Source of the DNA: Promethearchaeota archaeon
GTDB taxonomy: Archaea; Asgardarchaeota; Lokiarchaeia; Sigyniarchaeales; SOKP01
Length of the DNA stretch: 31,867 nucleotides
Assembly: GCA_048938025.1 (NCBI GenBank)
Contig: JBHLMP010000044.1
Span: 1-31,867, forward strand
Direction of reading: 5' to 3'
The position numbers and the translations under genes were made by a program. Shown in pieces: positions 17,694 through 25,753 of the stretch (positions are counted from its first letter, which is position 1; each line of letters begins with the position of its first letter). The notes under the pieces are model-generated. The model made no database searches, was not told the origin of the DNA, and worked only from the letters and a program-made list of their open reading frames with translations.

Positions 17694-18992
17694 TTATTGT
17701 TTATTTATTAGATTTTGGTATAATATGTGTGTTTTTTCTGCTATTATATCCCATGTATAATTCTGTGATACTTTTGATTGTCCTGCTAAGCCCAATTTTT
17801 TTTTTAATCTCTTATTTTTTAATAGAACTAGAACCTTATTTGCAATATCAATTGGATTATCGAATTCCACTAAGAGTCCATCATAATTTTCTCTTATTAC
17901 TTCTGGTGTAGCACCAATTCTCGCTCCAATTACTGGTTTTCCAGCCGCCCAAGCTTCTAAAAATGAAATTCCAAAAGCATCACTTCGACTTGGCATTAAA
18001 TACAAATCTGCTTCTCTAAATGCACTCAGTTTTTTTTTATCATAATAACCAGTTAAATTATCGGGTGTAAAATTAAGGATTCTAGCATTTCTTAACTTAC
18101 GAACTTTTGATAATTCACGGTTAAATGCTAAAGTTGAAGGACCAATAAAAACAAAATAAATTCTAGGAAATTTTTGTAAGATGTAAGGGATTGCTTTTAA
18201 GATTGAAATAGCCCCTTTTTCATAGTTTTTGTATCCACTGAATAATACTAACTTATAATTTTTTTCCTTTCTTTTAAAAAAATTTTGTTTAAAATAAGGT
18301 TTTACATGTTTCAAGTTTTTAATGTCTTTAAATTTTTCATAATCCACACCCATAGGAATTACCATGATTTTTTCTTCTTGAATTCCATAATTTTTTATCA
18401 AAACTTTCTTTTCAAGATTTGTACAAGTTATAATAATATCGAATTTGCTTAAAACCTCAATTAAACTTGAATCTAAGTAACGTGGATTTGAAAAATGAAA
18501 AAATGGAGTACAAATTTTAGGTTTGTTAATGAGATTTCCTAAAATTAAAGCAATGATTAAATTAAAATAAGGATAAAATGTAGCATGTATTAAATCATAA
18601 TTTATCGTTGTTTTTTTTAAGAAAAAATTGATTAAATCCTCCATATACGGCCCATTTTCTATAAATTTTATTAAACTTTTATCATGTAAATTCAAAAATT
18701 CATAACTAGGAATTTTTTTCAAAGTAGTTATTATTTCTTCATGAGAAAGATTATGGTTTATCGAGAATCTATTAACGCTAATGTTATTTACTCCATAAAA
18801 ATACTTATTATTCCTCGTTATAAATCTCCCCTTAGATTCGCGTAAAGCTTTGAAGTCAATCGCATTTGATGTGTAGATATCTATATTATAATTATATTTT
18901 TTTGATAAAATTTCTGCCATTCTTTGAAAATAAAATTCAGCACCAGATATTGATGGATAATATCTTGTAGGAAGAAATAAAATATGGTTCAA
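17694..18992 (-). CDS. Glycosyltransferase family 4 (GT-B)
   Basis: YYP.ISGAE, VIPMGVD, KG, PSRSDAFGISFLEAWAAGKPVIG and YTWD motifs. TTG start. Confidence 0.93.
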   Translation of the reverse strand: MNHILFLPTRYYPSISGAEFYFQRMAEILSKKYNYNIDIYTSNAIDFKALRESKGRFITRNNKYFYGVNNISVNRFSINHNLSHEEIITTLKKIPSYEFLNLHDKSLIKFIENGPYMEDLINFFLKKTTINYDLIHATFYPYFNLIIALILGNLINKPKICTPFFHFSNPRYLDSSLIEVLSKFDIIITCTNLEKKVLIKNYGIQEEKIMVIPMGVDYEKFKDIKNLKHVKPYFKQNFFKRKEKNYKLVLFSGYKNYEKGAISILKAIPYILQKFPRIYFVFIGPSTLAFNRELSKVRKLRNARILNFTPDNLTGYYDKKKLSAFREADLYLMPSRSDAFGISFLEAWAAGKPVIGARIGATPEVIRENYDGLLVEFDNPIDIANKVLVLLKNKRLKKKLGLAGQSKVSQNYTWDIIAEKTHILYQNLINKQ

Positions 18993-19042
18993 AATATATT
19001 GATCCTTTTTACTTATTAATTATAATTATATATAAGATACAA

Positions 19043-19435
19043 ATGTCAAAAGATTTATTATTAGCCATTTTTGACATGGCTAAAAAGAAACAGGTTCTAG
19101 ACGAGGATCTAATAGATTTCTTAGAAGTCCTCTTTCCTAACAGATCTACTAATATTATTGAAGTATTAAAAAGGGGAATTACAAAAAACATTTATAAACC
19201 TTCAAATAGAATAGTTTGGACAGCGATGGGTGAAAATCAAGAACATTTAATTTATCCTAAAATATTTTGTAGTTGTCAAGATTTTTATAAATCAGTTATT
19301 ATTAAAAGGGAAAAACTTGTTTGTAAGCATCTTATAGCTCAAATCATTAGTGAAGCCCTAAACAATTATAAAATTAAAGAATTAAAAGATCAAGAATTTA
19401 GTGATCTAATTAAGGATTTGAGGTTAAAGGTATAA
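19043..19435 (+). CDS. SWIM zinc-finger protein (Sws1/ZSWIM7-like)
   Basis: FCSCQDF...CKHLIA matches the SWIM pattern CxC-x15-CxH in a small stand-alone protein. Confidence 0.8.
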   Translation: MSKDLLLAIFDMAKKKQVLDEDLIDFLEVLFPNRSTNIIEVLKRGITKNIYKPSNRIVWTAMGENQEHLIYPKIFCSCQDFYKSVIIKREKLVCKHLIAQIISEALNNYKIKELKDQEFSDLIKDLRLKV

Positions 19436-20059
19436 AATTTCGACACTTCTTATTGATTCTTTTACTAGATCAACTACATTAATAGTTGATTCAGCTTTAA
19501 TAATTTCTAAAGGTTTTGCGTGAGTTTCAGGAAATTGAGGATTATATTGGCAACTAGCTGAACTTTGAGAACAAATATTGTACAATCCGATTTTTTCACT
19601 TAATCTTATTACTTCAAGTTTATCCCAGCCTATTAAGGGACGCAGGATAACAAAATTCTCTAGTAAGTTATTATATGCAAATAAGTTATCAAGAGTTTGA
19701 CTAGCTTGTTCTCCTAAAATATCGCCAGTAACTATGAGATTAGTGTTTTCATTTTTTCCAATCTGCATCGCTATCCTTAACATTAATCTTTTACATAAAA
19801 TGCAGGTTAATTTTCTTTCACTTCTTGTCTTAAAAAGTTCTAAATTTAAATTATGGTTAATTAAGTACAATTGTATATTATTTTTTGTAAATACTTTTAA
19901 GATTTTAACAATTTGAATTATTTTTTTTTTCATGGAATGATTTATATCTTCTGAAGTTAAAAACGATAAAAAAATGGGATGGTATTTCTTATTAATCATT
20001 AAAAATGCAGCAACTGGACTATCTAACCCTCCCGAAAGTAAAGAGACAAATTTCTTCAT
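19424..20059 (-). CDS. ThiI-like PP-loop sulfurtransferase, catalytic domain only (no THUMP)
   Basis: LLSGGLDSPVAA, CILCKR.M, TGD.LGEQASQT..N, RPLIG.DK and a distal Cys. Only 211 aa. Confidence 0.85.
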   Translation of the reverse strand: MKKFVSLLSGGLDSPVAAFLMINKKYHPIFLSFLTSEDINHSMKKKIIQIVKILKVFTKNNIQLYLINHNLNLELFKTRSERKLTCILCKRLMLRIAMQIGKNENTNLIVTGDILGEQASQTLDNLFAYNNLLENFVILRPLIGWDKLEVIRLSEKIGLYNICSQSSASCQYNPQFPETHAKPLEIIKAESTINVVDLVKESIRSVEILYL

Positions 20060-20121
20060 ATTATTCTTATCAAACTTTTCTTAATTTAAAATTCTTATAT
20101 GTTATATATTTTTAAAGCAAA

Positions 20122-20727
20122 TTATTTCACTCTGATTTCTATACGATCCCATTCTTTTATTGCTTTATTGAAATCATCAAGAGATATTTCACGTGCGATC
20201 TTTATCTTATTTTCAAATTCTAATTGTCTTATCTTTAATATCAAGTTTTTGTTTTTTCTATAAAACCTTTCAACATTTGGATATTCAATTTCAAATATTT
20301 CTTTAGCCTGATTCAAATCTATGTTCTTTAATTCATTATAATTTTTACTAACAAAATTACACAATGGATCAATACTTAGCTCCATATTAAATGAATCTAT
20401 TCTTTTTAAGGCTAAAGGATATGCTTTACATGCTAAAGGTTTTTTTTCATGAATAGTACAACCTACTTCTTGATTGTAAAAAGGACAACATGCCTTAGGA
20501 TTGTCTAAGCATATCTTAAATGTTAGAACTAAAATGTTTTTATTAAGAATATCAGGAAAAATTAAATCTTCTATAACTTTAAATTCAATTTCATATTTTT
20601 TCGCTAGCTCAATTAATTCATCTACTTCTTCTGGATAAACGGGAATTCTCTTCCTATATCCAATTTCATTTTCCTCAACCTCATAACAACATATTCCACA
20701 CTTCATACAACGATATTTCAAAATCAT
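20122..20727 (-). CDS. YkgJ-family (CxxCxxCC) Fe-S/Zn cluster protein
   Basis: CMKCGICC...CPFY..GCTIHEKKPLACKAYP...C. Confidence 0.88.
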   Translation of the reverse strand: MILKYRCMKCGICCYEVEENEIGYRKRIPVYPEEVDELIELAKKYEIEFKVIEDLIFPDILNKNILVLTFKICLDNPKACCPFYNQEVGCTIHEKKPLACKAYPLALKRIDSFNMELSIDPLCNFVSKNYNELKNIDLNQAKEIFEIEYPNVERFYRKNKNLILKIRQLEFENKIKIAREISLDDFNKAIKEWDRIEIRVK

Positions 20728-20933
20728 AAGTTTATAAATTATTAAGGTTGTTCTCGAGCCTAATAATTAAGATCCTTGATAGGATCAAGTTGTATTCTTA
20801 AATTAAGTTTTTGATAATATGATTATATTACTTTTACAATAAATCTTGTGTCTACTAGGATAATACATCGTTTTTAAATTGATAAAAAAAACCTTATTAC
20901 TAGGATAATTTTTAAAAAAATAAGGTTTAAGAT

Positions 20934-21743
20934 ATGGAAGGAATAAGAATTATCAAACATATAGATCTTTCTAAAGAAGATTTTAATAACCCAATTTGTA
21001 TCTTGGGAATGCCTGGCATTGCTGATGTTGGTAAATTTGCATTAGATTCGTTAATAGGCCAGCTTGATGCTAAGAATTTTATGGATATTATTTTTGATGA
21101 TTATCCAGCAGGAGCAATTGTAGATGACAGTATTTTATCTGCTCCTAAAGCGGAAATTCTCTATTGGAAAGATCCAAATAATTTGAGAGATATTATATTA
21201 ATTACTGCTGATGCTCAAAGTTTAACTCCTAAAGGAATATATAAAATATCAAATTTTCTTACAAAAATCATTATGCACTGTGGGATAAAATTAATTGTAG
21301 CTTTAGGAGCTTATCCTGTAAGTAGTCGAATGCTTAACTCAAGAATTCCAAAAATATTTGCTAGCTCTACAGATCGTGAGTTATTAGAGAAATATTTAAT
21401 AAAAGATAAATGTGAGAAGATCCAAAAAGGAGTCATTATTGGTGCAAATGGTTTAATTCCTACATTGGCAAAGGCAAGATTTAATGTTGATGGTTTAGTT
21501 TTTCTTGCTGAAACTGATAATATTGCAATGGTTAACGAGGATATTACTGATTTGAAAGCATCCATTACACTTTTAGAAATGCTTAAGAAGTCATTTACAT
21601 TACCAATTAAAAAGAAATATTCTTTAGAGAATATTGAAAATATAACAAAAAATCTTCAAATCAAACGAGATCAATTAGAAAAGGATCTTGAGACTCTCCA
21701 AATTATTGATACTGATGATAAAAGAAAATCATTATATATTTAA
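20934..21743 (+). CDS. PAC2-family proteasome assembly chaperone (Pba-like) with C-terminal HbYX motif
   Basis: GMPGIADVGK, ALGAY, G.IIGANGLI and LAET..D.KAS motifs. Ends ...SLYI. Confidence 0.88.
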   Translation: MEGIRIIKHIDLSKEDFNNPICILGMPGIADVGKFALDSLIGQLDAKNFMDIIFDDYPAGAIVDDSILSAPKAEILYWKDPNNLRDIILITADAQSLTPKGIYKISNFLTKIIMHCGIKLIVALGAYPVSSRMLNSRIPKIFASSTDRELLEKYLIKDKCEKIQKGVIIGANGLIPTLAKARFNVDGLVFLAETDNIAMVNEDITDLKASITLLEMLKKSFTLPIKKKYSLENIENITKNLQIKRDQLEKDLETLQIIDTDDKRKSLYI

Positions 21744-21845
21744 GGTTATAGATTAGATTAATAATAAATTATACTTATAAAACTCTTCTCTACGTTAAAG
21801 AGATTAAGCAAAAAATATATTAATTATGTTAAATTCAAAATAATA

Positions 21846-21995
21846 ATGAGATATATATGTGCTAGAAAAAGCTGTGGAAAAGAAGTGAGTAAAAAAGAAT
21901 TAAGTGCACTTCCTGGTATTAAATGTTCTCACTGTGGATTTCGAATATTATATAAAAAACGACCAGATATTATAAAGCGAATTAAAGTTCGCTAA
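21846..21995 (+). CDS. rpo12: DNA-directed RNA polymerase subunit Rpo12 (P), 49 aa, absent from the ORF track
   Basis: My translation is MRYICARKSCGKEVSKKELSALPGIKCSHCGFRILYKKRPDIIKRIKVR, with the YxC..CG...IKC..CG.RILYK.R signature. Confidence 0.93.
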   Translation: MRYICARKSCGKEVSKKELSALPGIKCSHCGFRILYKKRPDIIKRIKVR

Positions 21996-22001
21996 TAGTT
22001 A

Positions 22002-22030
22002 TTCTTTTTTTAAAAAAAAGGCTTTTTTAA
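22002..22030. terminator. Candidate bidirectional oligo-T terminator between convergent rpo12 and tfb
   Basis: A T7 run immediately followed by A8, then a further T6 run, just after the rpo12 stop. Confidence 0.4.
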
Positions 22031-22076
22031 TTTGTTAATATTAAAAAACCTAAAGTATTCTAGAGAGATGCTTTAT

Positions 22077-23006
22077 TTATACATTTAATTCAAAATTGAG
22101 ATGATTTAGAAGTTCTTTATATCTATTCCGAATAGTTGCTTCAGTCACACCAGCAGTTAAGGAAATTTCTTTTTGTGTTCGACGCTCACCTTCCTGAATA
22201 GCTGCTACGTATAAAGCAGCTCCTGCTAAACCTGTTGGGGCTTTCCCTGCTGTGATACGATGTTTTTTTGCTAATTTCAAAATTGAAGCAGCCCTGTTTT
22301 GAGTTCTTCCTGAAAGTTTTAATTCAGCGCAGAATCTTGGAATAAAATTTATTGGGGAAGATACTTTAATATTAATTTTTAATTCTCCTAAAATTAACCT
22401 ATAACATCGTGCAACCTTCCTTTTATCAACTGATGCAAATTCAATGAAATCATCAAGAGTTTTTGGTATGATATTTAATCTACAAGATAAGTAAATCGAT
22501 GCTATTAACATAGCTTCTATTGATCTTCCCCTAATGAGATTTTTTTGAGCCATCTTTCTGTAAATATGAGCTGAAGATTCTTTTAAATCTTTAGATAAGT
22601 TTAGTTGAGAAGAAAATCTATCTAATTCATTCATTGCATACGCTAAATTCCTATCGATTGATTTATTTGTCCTTGTTCTTACATGCCATTTCCTTAAACG
22701 GTATACTTCTGCTTTCATTTTAGGGCTTATAGTTTTTCCAAAAGCGTCTTTATTTTTCCAGCCTATCATTGTACTTAATCCTTTATCATGTAAAGTTAGA
22801 GTTGTTGGTGCTCCTACTCTAACTTTCTTGTTTGCTTCTTCTGATGTAAATGCTCGCCATTCAGGACCGGAATCGATGATTCTTTGTAATAATACCAGCC
22901 CACATACATTACATATCACCTCACCCCGAGACTCATCTGAAATTAAATTTTTATTGCCACATTCTGGGCATAAATTTAAATTTTTTTGAGTCATTGAAAG
23001 ATCCAA
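22077..23006 (-). CDS. tfb: Transcription initiation factor B (start TTG 23006 or ATG 22994)
   Basis: CPECG..GEVIC..CGLV Zn ribbon, GPEWRAF, HDKGLST, RGRSIE and GVTEATIRNRYKEL. Confidence 0.98.
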   Translation of the reverse strand: MDLSMTQKNLNLCPECGNKNLISDESRGEVICNVCGLVLLQRIIDSGPEWRAFTSEEANKKVRVGAPTTLTLHDKGLSTMIGWKNKDAFGKTISPKMKAEVYRLRKWHVRTRTNKSIDRNLAYAMNELDRFSSQLNLSKDLKESSAHIYRKMAQKNLIRGRSIEAMLIASIYLSCRLNIIPKTLDDFIEFASVDKRKVARCYRLILGELKINIKVSSPINFIPRFCAELKLSGRTQNRAASILKLAKKHRITAGKAPTGLAGAALYVAAIQEGERRTQKEISLTAGVTEATIRNRYKELLNHLNFELNV

Positions 23007-23174
23007 ATATGTCTACTCTTTTAAAATTCAGCTATTTAATTTCTATAATCATTTTCCCACATTTAAATGTTTGCGTTTCGAGGATTTGTCGGTTAATAAT
23101 ATACTCAATCACTAATTTTTGTTTTTTAAATTAAATCGAAAAATTTTAATAAGTTCGGTATTTCTCTTAATATA

Positions 23175-23639
23175 ATGCGACATTTTTATAAGACTCATGG
23201 AAGACACTGCTATCTTCGTTCTTTTCAAACAAAATGCCCAAAATGTGGTGTAGATGTGCTATATTGGGAATGTACGCATGGTAGTAAAGTATTTTTTGAT
23301 TACCCACCCTATGGAAAATTAGTAAGGCATTTTTGTCGATATCAAACAGCTAGGTTTGATAGAAAAAGAAAATTTCCGATAGTAGTTAAAATTCCAAAGG
23401 GTTTATTAGAAAATAGATCACCAAGTTGTCCAGTATGTGGGAAATTGTTCAAAAATGATAAAGATCTTAATAATCATTTAGAAACTCTAAGAAAGGATGA
23501 TAAGCCCCATAAAACATTTTTTAAAAATAAATTTGTATTTCAAAATGACAGTTGGAATAGCAATCAAAAAAACATTGATCAAATTAAACTTTATGATAAA
23601 CCAAAATTTGGTAGAATTAATATTAAAAAAAAGAATTGA
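23175..23639 (+). CDS. Multi-zinc-finger protein (N-terminal Cys/His domain plus C2H2-like finger)
   Basis: CPKC..CTH..HFC cluster and CPVCGKLF-x5-L-x2-H pattern. Confidence 0.7.
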   Translation: MRHFYKTHGRHCYLRSFQTKCPKCGVDVLYWECTHGSKVFFDYPPYGKLVRHFCRYQTARFDRKRKFPIVVKIPKGLLENRSPSCPVCGKLFKNDKDLNNHLETLRKDDKPHKTFFKNKFVFQNDSWNSNQKNIDQIKLYDKPKFGRINIKKKN

Positions 23640-23767
23640 AAAGTTAAGAGTATCGTTATGAATAAATTTTTAATTAATTAGTATATAATTATTTTATAAT
23701 AAATATTAATGTCATTTAATGTTATTAGATTCAGATATTAATCTATTAGAATGGGGAAAAAAATAAA

Positions 23768-24379
23768 ATGCCAGTTGATCCAGAATCTGCGATTCATAAT
23801 TTAATGCAAGCTGAACCATCAATTATTGCTGCTGTAGTGATCCGTGGAAGGGATATTGTCTATTCTACAGATAATTGGGATATAAGTGCTGATGTTGGAA
23901 GAGTTGTATCAAGTTGGACCTCTATGAATGCTCAATTCATTATGATATCAGGAGTGAAATATTCACTTCTGCAGTGCACTGCAGAAAGATTAGTTGCCAC
24001 TTCAATTAGAGGTGAAGGCCATATTGTTGGGGCAAAAGATGAAGAGCATAAAGTTATTACTTATGTTGAACCAGATGGTCCAATGAATGCAGCATATATG
24101 GATACTGCAAGAACGTTGGCATCAATGAGCTCCCAAGGTCAATACATGAATGGAAATACTCAGTTAGGTGCTAAAGGTGCTGCAATGGGAGGGATAACCA
24201 AAGCAAGTACAAATATTGATCCTCATCTAAAAGGTGAGATTCAATCATTTTTAGAGTGGCTTAAAGATACTGAAGGTCTTTCAGGATATATCAGTTATTA
24301 TCTTCAACAAAACAATACCCAAATAATTACTGAATTATCAAAAATTTATAATGAATTAAGACAAGTTTTTGGTGTTTAA
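23768..24379 (+). CDS. Asgard (Loki-type) profilin with about 80-aa C-terminal extension
   Basis: IVYSTDNWDIS, ISGVKYSLLQCTAERLVATSIRGEGHIV and ITYVEP match the Loki-profilin pattern as I recall it (TENWNIS...IQGIKY...TEERKIGTNITGKGHV...AYVNP). Confidence 0.82.
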   Translation: MPVDPESAIHNLMQAEPSIIAAVVIRGRDIVYSTDNWDISADVGRVVSSWTSMNAQFIMISGVKYSLLQCTAERLVATSIRGEGHIVGAKDEEHKVITYVEPDGPMNAAYMDTARTLASMSSQGQYMNGNTQLGAKGAAMGGITKASTNIDPHLKGEIQSFLEWLKDTEGLSGYISYYLQQNNTQIITELSKIYNELRQVFGV

Positions 24380-24451
24380 AATCCAGTTACTTAAACAAGA
24401 GAAATTTATTATGGATCCAGATTTTAAATACAATTTAAATATTGGACAACT

Positions 24452-24910
24452 GTGAGATTTATGGGAGACAAAAAAGAAAAAAGTTACTTAAAAAAAATGA
24501 AAAATCTTTTTGCTAAAAAAAAAAAACCAAAAAATCAACATGGGAGTATCTATTATCCATCAGAAGAAGATGTAGAATTACAGATTCCAACTATACCAGA
24601 AGCACCAAAACAAAAAGAAAAATTTGCTTTAGATTCTCCTGATATAACACCCGATGTACTTGAAAGAATAAGGAAAGTAGAATCTCCTGATACGAGAGTT
24701 GTTTTAGTAAATTGTGAAAGATGTAAAGCAGTTATACCTATACCTATCCTAAAAAGGATGGTTTTAAGTTCAAATTTACCAGTAGTTCCTGTAAGTTATG
24801 TTCATATGAACCTCCAAAATAAGGATCAACATTGCATAACAGTACATATTGATCACGACTTTGATATTCGAAGACAAAGGATATCTGATGTTATTCTTTC
24901 TTCTGATTAA
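24452..24910 (+). CDS. Hypothetical protein with polybasic N-terminus and C-terminal CxxC...H...H Zn domain (likely start ATG 24461)
   Basis: SYLKKMKNLFAKKKKPK, then CERC...VSYVH...QHCITVHID..F.IR. Confidence 0.7.
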   Translation: MRFMGDKKEKSYLKKMKNLFAKKKKPKNQHGSIYYPSEEDVELQIPTIPEAPKQKEKFALDSPDITPDVLERIRKVESPDTRVVLVNCERCKAVIPIPILKRMVLSSNLPVVPVSYVHMNLQNKDQHCITVHIDHDFDIRRQRISDVILSSD

Positions 24911-25001
24911 TTTTATGACTATCTCTGATCTTAAATAATCATCTTTTCAAATACTTTAATTTATAATATTAAAAAAGATTTTTTTTTGATATACCTGATT
25001 G

Positions 25002-25232
25002 TTAAAAAATTATTAAACTAGTTAGGAGCGCAATAAGAAAAGGAAGTAGGCACAAACAACATAAAAATCCACACCAACTTTTCTTCCATTTAATATAATC
25101 ATTAGGATTTAGAATTGCATGACAATTTGAACAATATTTTTGTGATTGATCATTAATTTTTGTCCCGCAATTATAACATAAGAGCAGTTCATTATCTAAT
25201 TTTCTATTATTTTTAAGCTCAATTTTTAACAC
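25002..25232 (-). CDS. Small zinc-ribbon protein with Cys-rich C-terminal transmembrane helix
   Basis: CYNCG..KYCSNC ribbon followed by terminal WCGFLCCLCLLPFLIALLTSLIIF. The GTG start is uncertain. Confidence 0.68.
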   Translation of the reverse strand: MLKIELKNNRKLDNELLLCYNCGTKINDQSQKYCSNCHAILNPNDYIKWKKSWCGFLCCLCLLPFLIALLTSLIIF

Positions 25233-25388
25233 TTCGAAATTTACTATGAAATGAATTTATAATATGATTATATAAAATGACGACTAATTTTTATATAATA
25301 TTTAAATAAAATTAAATTATATAAGCATTGTTAAAATAGGACTTATATATTTTACTATTTCCTTAAAAGTAATATTAATTGGAAAAAA

Positions 25389-25751
25389 ATGAAGCTCTTA
25401 GCAGAAAAGGATATAAAAATTGAAGATATTACAATTTATTTAAATCTTTTTCAATTACATAAAAGTTATCTTTTACTTATATCAGATCAAGAAAATATGG
25501 GAATTGGAAATGTAACATTAGGAACACCCCCTCCTATTGAAGGTTTAAAATCAACCACAGCATCATATAGTTTGTTTGGTGTAGACCCAAAACTCTTAAG
25601 TACATTGATAGCTGAAAGAGCTTCAAATATTCTTAAAGCACCTGTATTGCTTCTCTTATTTCTGAAAATTAAGAAAAAGGATAAGGAAATAGCTAAACCA
25701 CTTATAGATTTCATAAATAACGTCTTAAATGCTATTAAAGAAAAAAAATAA
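25389..25751 (+). CDS. PAC4/PSMG4-like proteasome assembly chaperone
   Basis: 120 aa with YLLLISD...IGNVTLGTP...SLFG...LSTLIAERAS.ILKAPVLL, resembling the PAC3/PAC4 fold. Confidence 0.65.
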   Translation: MKLLAEKDIKIEDITIYLNLFQLHKSYLLLISDQENMGIGNVTLGTPPPIEGLKSTTASYSLFGVDPKLLSTLIAERASNILKAPVLLLLFLKIKKKDKEIAKPLIDFINNVLNAIKEKK

Positions 25752-25753
25752 AA

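Noticed and set aside
20801-20868. Short minus-strand ORF (MYYPSRHKIYCKS...) as a Nop10-like gene near PAC2
   Set aside because: Only about 21 codons, on the opposite strand to PAC2, and with no Nop10 motifs.
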